From: Octopus sinensis | Taxonomy: Eukaryota | Assembly (NCBI RefSeq): GCF_006345805.1 | Contig: NC_043014.1 | Location: 24,118,001-24,182,000, forward strand | Length of the DNA: 64,000 nucleotides | Direction: 5' to 3' | Part shown: positions 52,961 through 64,000 of the stretch, in pieces | Layout of the letters: every line of letters starts with the position of its first letter | How positions within the stretch are numbered: position 1 is the first letter of the stretch | Program-made: the position numbers and the translations under genes | Notes under the pieces: model-generated | What the model saw: the letters and a program-made list of their open reading frames with translations, nothing else | Told to the model about the DNA's origin: nothing | The model's database searches: none

Positions 52961-53100
52961 TCAAAAAATACCTTAGGAATGAGAACCCAGGTTCGAAATT
53001 TCCCCAAGACACCTAAAGAAGGCTGGAGGGTATATCATCCGAAATGTTGTCTTAACAATAAACAAGATGAGGACAAATATCCGTCAAATGTAAATAATGT
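52853..53100 (+). mobile_element. tRNA-headed SINE whose 3' half contains a degenerate minimal hammerhead motif
   Basis: A box TGGCGTAGTGG (52853), B-box-like GAGTTTGATTCC, (AAT)n, then CTAAAGA-AGGCTG-gagggtatat-CATCC-GAAA-TGTT (53013-53048). Confidence 0.7.
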
Positions 53101-53875
53101 TCTATGAAACAGGTTGGTTAGCTAGTTCTCATTGAACCCCAGAATCTGTTCTAGGGTGTCGTCGCACTTAAAATCTACCATCCGTTCATAAAATACTGAG
53201 GTGGTATTTTGCCCGTCCTGTGGATTAGCACTAGTGTCTGTTGGCACTCTTTTTGCCTTCCTGTCGTGTTCTGTCTTCTAATCAAATAGGGAGTAAATTC
53301 CTCCAAGGAGGCCAGTTGTGGAAAGAATTCTTCTGCAAGCGAATTCCACACCTGGCCACCGTCCAGGTAGAGCAAGAGATGTCTTAGCCTCAATGCATAT
53401 CTGCACATCATTAGCCACGCCATCCCTAACCCACCCTTTAGTGGATCCTGGCAGCAAACGGAATGCCTCACAAGCATCTTTCCTCCCTTCCACAACAAAC
53501 AGAAGAGAAGTCGTTCCAACTTGCTCAGTCATGAATTGGGACAAAGGACAACAATCAGACAGTATGTGATAACAGATGCAATGAAGACCTGTACCACCTC
53601 CGCCCTTCCTTTCAGGGATAGCGCCCATCCATACCAAGTCCGGACTAGAGCCTCAACCCTGTCTGCCACCTCACTCCAATTCTTCTCTGTCTGGGAATCC
53701 AGTCCAAATCAAACGCCAATCAGCTTAACAGGACCATCTGTTCAGTGTCGTGTGACACTGGACGTTATTGACTTGCCGCTCCAGGTGCTGAGCTGCAAGC
53801 CAATGGACTTGTCCTTGTTAACTGTTCCCCCTGCTACTGCCTTGTATCTCTTGATTTCATCCTCTACACAAAGTA
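53100..53875 (-). mobile_element. second, diverged Tx1/L1-like fragment
   Basis: VNKDKSIGLQL..W, LGVWFG.D.Q.E.NW and ERLLFCLLWKG parallel 50400-51150. Confidence 0.88.
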
Positions 53876-53879
53876 GCTG

Positions 53880-54050
53880 AGCCTCACTGGACAAGAAGTG
53901 TGGCAAGAAGTTTACTTCCCAACCACATGGTTCTGGGTTAAGTTCCACTGCGTGGTACCATGGGCAAGTATCTTCTACTATAGCCTCAGGCTAACCAAAG
54001 TCTTGTGAGTAGATTTGATAGATGGAAACTGAAAGATGCCTGTCTTATAT
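53880..54050 (+). mobile_element. tRNA-derived SINE 5' half
   Basis: CCCAACCACATGGTTCTGGGTTAAGTTCCACTGCGTGG...CTTCTACTATAGCC, same family as 10.6-11.0 kb. Confidence 0.8.
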
Positions 54051-54417
54051 ATGTTCCTTTTAAAATCTAGATGAGTAATAAATTTCCTTGTAGAATTTTT
54101 ACTGGCCCACCACAGATAATAATTTTCCAGCTACATAAATGTATTCATAATACTTTGCTTGACATCTTGTCACTGGGCAGTTGGGATTCAACCTGAAACT
54201 TAGTTTTGAAATGAACTTCTTAACCATGTGATCATGCTTTGTGATGATGACCCCTTTTATTAGTACACAAAGTTAGTATCTCTTATCATTAGAACTCAAG
54301 GTTATCTTTTAAAGAGCATATTAATGTGTGACAGTTAATCAACTTAAATTGTTGATAAAAAGTAGGTTATGTTGAAAAGAGTAACATTTATCTTTTTATA
54401 AAAATACATCTTTAATG

Positions 54418-55262
54418 ACGTAAAGTATACTAGCCATCTTAATATGGCTAACCACTAGGGGTGGCGGGTGTTACTGTAGCTTTTTAGCCCCAGGAGATCA
54501 TCGTCTCCAGCTGGCTTTAGACACAATCCTGTGCTCTTTAATGATATTCGCAAAGGGAGGTCATCCCCTCTCGAAAACCTAAGTGATACGCATGGACTGC
54601 AGTTTTGAGATTATTGTCTCTTGTCAACACACGCTAATCACGGGTTTTCAATAAGAGAGACCTGTTTGCGAATATCTATTTAATGTTTTTCCAGTAACCA
54701 CTGTCACTGATTTCGAAAAACGGTCTGAAAGCAATAATAAATCTCTGAGCGAGATGTAAGCATTAAGCGCTCGACAACGTAAAGTATACTAGCCATCTTA
54801 ATATGGCTAACCACTAGGGGTGGGGGGGTGTTACTGTAGCTTTTTAGCCCCAGGAGATCATCGTCTCCAGCTGGCTTTAGACACAATCCTGTGCCCTTTA
54901 ATGATATTCGCAAAGGGAGGTCATCCCCTCTCGAAAACCTAAGTGATACGCATGGACTGCAGTTTCACAAACAGGTCTCTCTTATCGAAAACCCGTGATT
55001 AGCATGTGTTGACAAGAGACAATAATCTCGAAACTGCAGTCCATGCGTATCACTTACGTTTTTGAGAGGGGATGACCTCCCTTTGCGAATATCATTAAAG
55101 GGCACAGGATTGTGTCTAAAGCCAGCTGGAGACAATGATCTCCTGGGGCTAAAAAGCTACAGTAACACCCCCACCCCTAGTGGTTAGCCATATTAAGATG
55201 GCTCGTATACTTTACGTTGTCGAGCGCTTACTGTTTACATCTCGCTCAGAGATTTATTATTG
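54418..55262. repeat. unclassified repeat: 359-bp head-to-tail unit (~1.5 copies) plus inverted copy
   Basis: GTAAAGTATACTAGCC at 54420 and 54779. The strand switch is at ~54966, and the inverted arm ends in ATTTATTATTGC (55262), the same terminus that begins the 26519 copy. Confidence 0.9.
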
Positions 55263-55699
55263 CCATCTTTAATGAAATGAATCAAAATAAACAAAATGCA
55301 TCAATTTTATTTAGTATACTGTTAGTTTGATGTATGCTTTTAACAACATTAACTATAGATGTAGATTAAAGATATAAACTAAATTTTTAGCATAATGAAG
55401 CTTATTTATCATCATCATACATATGTCATCATCGTTGGCATGGGTTGGATGGTTTGATATGATTTACCTAGTCAGAGTACTATGTCTAGCTCCTTTGTCT
55501 GATGTGGCATCAGTTATACAGCTGAATACCATTCCTAATGCCAACCACTTTACTTGGTGTTTTTTTTTTCAAGGCCCCAGCTCTTGTAAGATTGTTAACT
55601 AACTCAGAAGATACACACACACACACAAATATCCAAAATAAAACTAAAAACACAAGAATTTTTATAAACTTTCAAGAGGACATGGACTAATTCTGTTCT

Positions 55700-55890
55700 A
55701 GAATAGTATATCTTGAAGTACACACATAAAGCTTTAAATAATAGCTTGTAAAAATTGGATTGAAAATCCCTTTTGATTAGAAAATTTTGAAGACTGCTTA
55801 TGACTTTCTCATTCCAAAAAGTTTATTCAACGCAGTATTTACAGGCTATTATTTATAGCTTGATGTGTGTACTTTGAGATATACTATTCT
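55700..55890. mobile_element. MITE-like element with ~53-bp imperfect terminal inverted repeats
   Basis: AGAATAGTATATCTTGAAGTACACACATAAAGCT... pairs with ...AGCTTGATGTGTGTACTTTGAGATATACTATTCT around a ~85-bp spacer. No clear TSD. Confidence 0.55.
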
Positions 55891-57338
55891 CAAACTGAAA
55901 AATGAAAGTATTTATAAAGTGTAGAATTTTCCCAAATGCCATTATTTAAATATAAGTCTTATTAATGTAGCATTACACAAACTTCTAGACTGATTTTGTT
56001 TTTGTTGTTATCTGTACTATCACCATCTCTTTTTATACACCTGGAAGTCAACAATGGAGCCTTTTACATGATCATTCAGCCTGGTAGGAGGAGCAGGCAA
56101 ATCTCTCTCAAACCACACATTACTGGCTTTAAAAAAAAAACCCCCAGAGAATTCATTGAATAAGTCTGGTCATAACTTGAATACCTTTTCATTATATGTC
56201 TGCTAGGTCAAGGCTGAAAAACAACTCAATCTGTTTTGACATTTCTTTATTAACATCATCTGCAAGAGCTAACTATAGCACAAGGTATCCTGTTTGAAAT
56301 AGTAGCTAAAACTTCTTCAGCTCATGCTGTACTATTTCAGAAAAGTAGAATAATGTAACCTTGCCAGACAGGATAGTCAAATTTGCACAGCCCAAGTTGA
56401 TCTCATAAGGTTTTTAAACTCAGAATGTAAAAAATTGTAATTAAATATTACGAAGCATTTCCCTCCAAAGTTTATGTTAAACAAACTGGTACAACCCCTC
56501 TATAAATAGTCATGTTTGAAGGAGTCATTACTAGTTATTAACTTGGCTATTGTTATTTCAAATTGAGTAGTTAAACAGTGATTTAGTAGTTTACTGTAAG
56601 CATTAGTGTATTGGATATCTTGCCATGTTATTCCTTATGTTCTTAGCCCAAATCCTGCTAGGGTGAGCTTTGTTTTCATCCTTCCAGGGTCAATAATTAA
56701 AGCACCTGTGGCATGTAGTGGACTGACCAAAATATTAGTGTCAGACCTGAATCCTTGCAGTACTTGTTTTTGCTCTTATCATTCCGTGCTCAAATGCTTC
56801 CATGGCTACTCAAGTGATAGGCTTAATCAGTTTCATGACTCAACACCACCTCTTGGCCCTGTGAGTGCCTTCAGTATACACCACTCTATTGCAAGCATTT
56901 GTTCTAGGTCTCTAATTAAGAATTCCTTCCTCCCCTCCCTCCTTTCACCAGTCTCAGATGTCTTGTCATGGGCCCTGCCATACTCACCTGACTGAGTGAT
57001 AAAAATATAGCTGTGATAACACTATTTTGCTTGTTTTCTATGCTAAGTTTTCTTCATGACTGGAAATAATAACCAAATACCCCTCAAATCATGCTCCACC
57101 ATCTTATTAAAAAAATGGTGGGAGGACATTGGAGAAAGTAGGATGATCAGAGGTTGCCCAAGTCTGTTGAATTAGGGATGACTTGGTGTCAAACAGCAAT
57201 TACAAAACTCTGCCTTTATTCTATCTCCTCTACACCAGAGTGAACTTTAAAATAAATGAATGCTAAACAAAAACTAAATGAATATGCAACAAACTACTTT
57301 CTTTGTTTTTAATGTTATTTGTTCCTTTTTTCTTACAG

Positions 57339-57530
57339 GAAACTGGTCATTGTATACCTGCTGGTAAACCTTTGGACACTAGCTATATTGACTGGATACG
57401 CATGGGTACCACTGTAGCAACTAATGCCCTACTAGAACGCAAAGGAGAAAGGATTGCCTTGGTTATAACAAAGGGCTTTAAAGATTTGTTATATATTGGT
57501 AATCAGTCCAGACCAAACATCTTTGATTTA
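57339..57530 (+). CDS. OPLAH: 5-oxoprolinase (ATP-hydrolysing; hydantoinase/oxoprolinase family), internal coding exon
   Basis: Acceptor ttttttcttacag|, donor |gtaagt, 192 nt, phase 0/0. Encodes [64 protein letters not shown], with the hallmark [19 protein letters not shown]. Confidence 0.96.
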
Positions 57531-59594
57531 GTAAGTGTAGTAACTTTTCTTTAACTCTTTTTTTTTCAAGAAATATGCTGCAGGTAGAGGTGGATGACTG
57601 CATTACTTTACGAGTTAGTTGCTGTTAATTAACCCTTGGTCATCCTTGATTGAGAAGTTATTATTAAAGACATCCTAATCATGACTATTCATCTTGGGGT
57701 AACATTCTCCAGTGTTCCTTTCATCATTTTTTTTAAAGACAGATATAATTTGCAGAAATTTGGCTGTAACTTCTTGTTGGTCAAGCAACTGTGCCACTGG
57801 CTGAGAAGACTACCTTAATTTATGAGCCACAGATTGCCTTTGAAATACAAATTTGTTGTCTCTACCACCACATAGTGAAGCTTGCAGTGTCCAGCAATTG
57901 GGTTAAAGTTTTTAACTGCTGTTGTTCAATAGATTTGAACTCAAGTCAGTATAATTGAACTAGAAGCTTGTTGTTTATGTAATATATGTTACATACTGTG
58001 TAATAGAGTGTCAGTGACTAAATTGTTAATATATGATAAGTGTTGATACTTGATGACTATGACAATTTATCATCATTATCATCATATGTTTTTCCATACT
58101 TGTCTGGGTTGGGGAGGTCTTCTCCAGCACACTGCTATTTCACCACTTGCTGTATTCCTTTATCATCTCCTTTGTGAGGTCAGCCTTCAACAACTATTCC
58201 CACATGTTCCTTGGACTTCATTTTTTACAGGCTTCTTTCATTTAGCATCTTCATCTAAGTATTTTTGATAACAATACCTGGATTTTTGATTCTCTTTAAA
58301 TTTATAGTTTGAGACTCACTAATTTTAATGCAATAACCATTTGATAACATTGTCCATGGTTATGATAATGACTTCCTCTGTCAGTCTGTACATACACACA
58401 CATATGCCTATACCATGAAACACACTAACTCAGTATATAAGTATCTCTACTTCCATCACCACCACATCTACCATCAACCTCCATCATCATACATCTACCA
58501 TGTGTTTAATCTCCATAGACAATACATTACTAGTAGTGATTATTTACTGATTGACTTGAAAATTTTAACAATATCCAGAGCTTTTATTTTAATAAACGGA
58601 TAATTTTTATGATGACACATTTATTCTAAATACATTTCAACAAATTCAAAGTGAATATACTAATCATTATTGTATTTCATCATTGGAGAACAACTTCTCT
58701 TTTCAGATGATTGTATATTCATAACACACTTGATTCATTGGAGTAAGGAGACCTTGGGACACTGGGTGTTTCAACATTCTATCTCCTCAGTCAAAGCTAC
58801 TTTCAACTAATGAATCTGACTAGAGTTTGTGGCTTTTGTTTTTTATAAATTCTGCAAATAAACTTTTTGCTGACACAGCAACTGTGTCAAGCCACGTGAA
58901 GTGCACCTCTACCAGTATCATGTAAAAAGCACCCAGTTCACTCTGTAAAGTGGTTGGCATTAAGAAGAGCATCTGGCTTTGGAAGCGAAGCCAAATCAAA
59001 TTGGAACTTGATGATTCCTGCCAACTGGTAATAAATCGTCAGGGGAACTGTGAGAATTAGAAGAATTATGCACATATTAATGCTAATGAATCTAACAAGT
59101 TTATAATAATTGTGTGAAAATTCTTAATTCATTACAAATATTTTGGCACTGACTAATTTTAGTAATATTATGAGATTATGATAACTGATCTTTGTGTGTG
59201 TGTGTGGACATACACATATATACACATTTAATGTAGTGGTTGATTATGATTAGAAAGAGTTACCATTAGTTGTGAGAAAAAGCCCAGAAACAAAATTCTA
59301 CTCAGTGACATCTTGTTCTGAGTGTGACAGAGTTATCTCCCTTTGACCAGTTCCAGTTGTGTCCTCCCCCCCCCCACCTCCAAAAAAAGAGCCAGTATAT
59401 GCATGATTTCCTGTATTCCTACCTCCAGTAGTAGTGTTAAGTTCCTCTGGCCAGCAAATCTGAGGAGCCACTTATATTGCTAAGACCGTAATAGGTGCAA
59501 AACCAATGGTAATTTCCAGACTGGGCATAGCCAACAACTGGAAAAATTCTAAAGCATTCTTTTTTTCTGACTTACGAACAACTGACATATATAT

Positions 59595-60680
59595 CATCAT
59601 CATCGTTTAATGTCCACTTTCCATGCTAGCATGGGTTGGACGATTTTGACTGAGGGCTGGTGAACCAGATGGCTGCACCAGGCTCCAATCTTGATCTGGC
59701 AGTGTTTCTACAGCTGGATGCCCTTCCTAACGCCAACCACTCCGAGAGTGTCGTGGCTGCTTTTTATGTGCCACCAGCATGGGGGCCAGTCAGGCGGTAC
59801 TGGCAATGACCTCGCTCAAATCTTTTTACACATGCCACCAGCACAGGTGCTAATAAGGTGACGCTGGTAACGATCACGCTCGAATCGTGCCCTTTTATGT
59901 ATCACCGTCACGGAAGCTGCTCTGGCAATGATCACACTTGGATGGTGCTCTTGGCACCCTACTAGCATGGGTACAAGTGCCAGTAAGGCAACGCTGGTAA
60001 CAATCACACTCAAATGGTGCCTTTTATGTGCCACTATCATGGAAGCCGGTTAGCCACTCTGTCAACGATCACACTCGTATGGTGCTCTTTGCACCCCGCT
60101 AGCACAGATGCTAGTCATTGAATTTGATTTTGACTTTGATTTCACTTGCCTCAGCACGTCTTCGCAAGCAGAGTTTTAGTGTCCAAAGAAGGAAAAGGTA
60201 CGCATAAGTGGGCTGGTTACGCCCCTGGCATAGGCCACGAGGTTATGCTCTCATTTAGCTTGCCAGGTCTTCTCAAGCACAGCATATTTCTAAAAGTCTT
60301 GGTCACTAGTCATTTCCTTGGTGAGGCATAAAGTTCGAAGGTCATGCTTCACTACTTCATCCCAGGTTTTCTTGGGTCTACCTCTTCCACAGGTTCCTTC
60401 AACCGCTAGGGTGTGGCACTTTTTCACACTGCTATCCACATCCATTCTTGCCACATGACCATACCAGTGCAGTTGTCTCTCTTGCGCACCACATCTGGTG
60501 CTTCTTAGGTCCAACTTTTCTCTCAAGGTACTTGCATTCTGTCAGGTATGCACACTGATATTACACATCCATTGGATCATACTGGCTTCATTCCTTGCGA
60601 GCTTACACATGTCCTCAGTAGTCATGGCCCATGTTTCACTGCCATGTAGCATGGCTGTTTGTACACAAGCTTCATAGAAT
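59595..60680 (-). mobile_element. RTE LINE 3' fragment, diverged subfamily
   Basis: ORF 60290-60526 matches the RTE C-terminus. The 3'UTR has a different minisatellite variant and a (GAT)n tail at ~59595. Confidence 0.9.
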
Positions 60681-60689
60681 ATATATATA

Positions 60690-61336
60690 TTTATATGTAA
60701 CAAATAAGAAAATGGAGAAACACATTAGTTGGTTTATTAGCTTTAGGATATTAGAATGTAGCCTTATTTAATTATCAGAACTACAACCATAATAACATAT
60801 ATATATATATACAGTATAAAATTCAATACATTTAAGATAAGAATACAAGTAGTTATTAAAAAAACGTTAATATAAATTGTTAGGATCATTAAAATCACTT
60901 ACAGCTGTTTCAGCCTATGGAAAAAAGTAATTTTTTTGTGCCTATACTTGTCCAATATAATTGACAAGTATAGGCACAAAAAAATTACTATATTAATGTT
61001 TTTTTAATAACTACTTGTATTCTTATCTTAAATGTATTGAATCTTATACTGTATATATGTATGTTATTATGGTTGTAGTTTTGATAATTAAATAAGGCAA
61101 CATTCTATTATCCTAAAGCTGATAAACCAACTAATGTGTTTCTCTTTTTTCTTATTTGTAATATAAATTAATGGTAAAATATTTCTTTACTTTCACCCAT
61201 TTAATACAATAAGTGAGTTTATTGCATTGCAATTAAAAACATTTGTGTATTAATAATTTGGGTAGTATACCAACAGTATATTGGATAAGTATTATCCCTT
61301 AGAGGGTTGGATCCACAACCCCTAACTTACTTGGTG

Positions 61337-61340
<4 letters not shown>
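60690..61340. mobile_element. hammerhead-family short element with an inverted, truncated copy attached (foldback at ~60956)
   Basis: 60690-60950 is the reverse complement of ~60960-61165. The inverted arm additionally carries CTTACAGCTGTTTCAGCCTATGG (the ribozyme 3' half, ~60898-60920). TA tracts on both sides. Confidence 0.8.
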
Positions 61341-61387
<47 letters not shown>

Positions 61388-62390
61388 ATATAATGTATGT
61401 ATGTAATCCATATTCAATTAAGAGAAAAAATGGAGAGATAATGATTAATATTTATTTATTAATAAATCGATAATCGTTCATTCCTATAATTGTTTCAATT
61501 TGTATTCATTCAATAAATTACAAATTTATGCAATAAATCTGCATTTATAAGTTATGAGCAAAATATCATCAGGAAAATATTAGACATTAAAAAATTACAT
61601 GTTGACTATTCTGTTCTTTCCAGCAGACTAAATATATAAAATTGATATTATTTTTTTAGTGTATGTGTATGAGAGCTAACAGATGAATTTAAATATAATA
61701 AAAAATAAAATAAAGTAATAAAATAAAAATAGAATTAAAATCAAAATAGAATAAAAATAAAATAGAATAGAATAAATATGTATATAGATACACATGTACA
61801 TACAGACATACGTATATAAAAGTATATACATAAATAAATGTACACACATATACATATTTACACACAGATATATAAAACAAACAACTACATACGAACACTA
61901 TTGATATCTATGCCCATTGGCTAAAGTAATTTGAATTTGTGTACATGTGAAAATAAGTTTTAGAGAAAATATCAGATCATAATGGTTTGTCACTTTATGC
62001 ATGTGTGCGTAATTATGACAATAAAAGGTTTACCGTTACTATCAAAAACACATGCACACATACACACACGCACACACATATATATGTATGTATATATGTG
62101 TGTGTGTTGATTATAACATTCAATTCTATAGTATTTAGTTTTAATTAATGTATAATTTAATGTTGTGATCTAATTTATTTTGGTAAAACAACATGTGTAT
62201 GTTTGTACATGTATGTTTATATTCATTAAGATTGACAGTGAGGTTGCAATTAAAAGTATCCGACTATTAATCTATTTATGAAATTAAATTATGAATAGTA
62301 TTAATATAATCTATAATAATTTACATTAATAGCTACTGTATAATCTTATGATCAAATTTATGATTCTTATATCCAAGGAAGCACCAATTA

Positions 62391-62460
62391 TGATGGCATA
62401 ATACACCAAATTGTCATTTATATTAGCTATAGATAGAGAATCTGGTGTATTATGCCATCA
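62391..62460. other. 70-nt hairpin with perfect 18-bp stem
   Basis: TGATGGCATAATACACCA (62391-62408) and TGGTGTATTATGCCATCA (62443-62460), 34-nt spacer. Confidence 0.85.
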
Positions 62461-63424
62461 CGACTGGTGGTTTTAGAAACAGTGACAAAATAATTTTAAT
62501 ACTTAAGAATTAAGTTCTATCTCTATTAATTAAGTAATAAGTATTATTAATTAGTGTTTAAAATGTTCATTAATGTAAGATAATAGATTAGAATATATTA
62601 TGTATTACATAGATCTATTCAATATTATTCGGTTAGGTATGAATATAGATTAAGCTTACTACTTTACCAAAATTTATGAGCCCAATGGATTCAGAAAATT
62701 CTTCCAATAAAGAAATACATACTGATTTAATTTTAATCTATTTTATCAATAGGTAAAATGCTTATTGAATATAATTTATTTAATTATTATGTTATATCAG
62801 CTATATTAAATTTGTTGTATATTATAGTTATAGAGGATATCATATGAATCTTATATTATATAATTTTATATTACTCTATAAGTTTATAATTTAATTAAAT
62901 TTAATAAAGACATATTTTGTGGAATGTACTCAAGGTACATTTTCTCATTTCTTGAGTTGAGGAGATGGTTCTTAGATATAAGAATTTGGTAGGCCTCCCC
63001 AGTACACAACTCACTGCAATTATTTGAGATTCTGTATGATTTAGCAAAACTAACAATTTTCCATCTAAGATTAAATTAAATCTACCAGTAGATTTAATTT
63101 TTTGTCTATTTTTAAAGCTATGTAAATGGTTAGTGACCCTAATTTTTATTCTGTTCTCAGTTGATTCTATATACAGAATTTCTTTCCTTGTGATTCAACT
63201 ATACATTGGTAAACTAAGTTATTTTTCTAGCATAAGTTTTTAAATTTACAGCTAATTTTAACTTTACAGTCTCAGGTTTTGTTTGCATCACTAAATATAA
63301 ATTTGTTTGAAGGGAATTAATATGGGTTAATTCCCCTCTATCATTAAGTTTTGTATGACTGTTAATGTTATTATTAAGGTTTGTGAAATCATGTTGGTGT
63401 TGTGAAGAATTATTATTAGAGACA

Positions 63425-63630
63425 GGAAAATATCGTGGGTTGGCAGAACCATTAGCATGCCAAGCAAAATGCTTAGCGGCATTTCGTTTGCATTTCAAAT
63501 TCCGCTGAGGTCAATTTTGCCTTTCATCCTTTCAGGATTGATAATTTAAGTACCAGTTGCACACTGGGGTTGATCTAATCGACTAGCCTCATTCCCCAAA
63601 ATTTCAAGCCTTGTGCCTTTAGTAGAAAGT
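63425..63630 (+). mobile_element. tRNA-derived SINE (same family as 8134-8334)
   Basis: TGGCAGAACCATTAGCATGCCAAGCAAAATGCTTAGCGGCATTT...TAAGTACCAGTTGCACACTGGGGTTGAT...GCCTTGTGCC. Confidence 0.8.
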
Positions 63631-63934
63631 ATTATTAGAGACAGGAAATTTTCCATAAATTCCTATATAATGCCTGTTATTTAAGTTTTATATTTCTAAA
63701 AATCTATGGTAAAAGTTTTTTTGTTTTTTATTAAAAAGGCAAAGTTTTCGTTTTTTTTCCTCGAAAACCATCTCTAAGACACTGTTTCTTTAATAGAGTT
63801 TCTGATCAACCCTCCCATCTATTATACAATTATAAAAACAGAAAATTTTTAAGCTTTCATATTGTGGTCGTATTATACATATGTAACCTATTCGAATTCA
63901 ACAAATAATATTAAAAAGAAATATAATAATAATA

Positions 63935-64000
63935 ATCATCATCATCATCATTTAGCGCCTGCTTTCCATGCTAGCACGAGTTGGACGGTTCAACTGGGGT
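63935..64000 (-). mobile_element. 3' tail of another RTE copy, running off the window
   Basis: (CAT)n followed by TTTAGCGCCTGCTTTCCATGCTAGC, identical in pattern to 12540 and 41571. Confidence 0.85.

Noticed and set aside
62200-62900. Very AT-rich stretch that superficially resembles a mitochondrial insertion
   Set aside because: No recognisable mitochondrial protein, tRNA or rRNA motif in any frame under the invertebrate mitochondrial code.
63015-63064. Minus-strand 50-nt segment with good acceptor (ttaatcttag) and donor (gtgagt); candidate upstream FBXL13 exon
   Set aside because: The open frames (GKLLVLLNHTESQIIA or WKIVSFAKSYRISNNC) show no recognisable similarity, and the phases do not connect to the 39051 exon. 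It needs RNA evidence.

Overview
AT-rich, repeat-dense eukaryotic genomic DNA, most likely an octopod cephalopod. The species call is inference from the tRNA-SINE families, the RTE LINE ending in (GAT)n and the heavy (TA)n load. Two host genes point away from each other. (1) Minus strand: seven GT-AG exons (38931-39051, 30781-30814, 27235-27344, 16371-16481, 12094-12189, 6227-6252, 5647-5809) splice in frame into a 220-codon partial F-box/LRR protein resembling FBXL13 (DRC6). (2) Plus strand: one 192-nt exon (57339-57530) of 5-oxoprolinase (OPLAH). I could not find the 5' coding exon of either gene, and a 100-N scaffold gap (41404-41503) lies between them. Most of the rest is transposon-derived: several RTE LINE copies, one nearly full length, with a PHD-type C4HC3 finger inside the RT; Tx1/L1-like, CR1-like and Hero-like LINE remnants; three Penelope-like element (PLE) remnants (two Neptune-like, one Naiad-like); hAT, DD37D and DD34D DNA-transposon remnants; tRNA-SINEs; and long TA/TATG microsatellites. 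The most notable unexplained structures are a dispersed set of hammerhead-ribozyme motifs with a palindromic ACAGCTGT stem III and an enlarged loop II, sitting in short (TA)n-flanked elements that fold back on themselves, and an unclassified 359-bp tandem/foldback repeat family present twice. Exon, ribozyme-core and gap coordinates were counted base by base. Repeat boundaries are approximate (tens of bp). Family assignments come from recognised motifs, not database searches.
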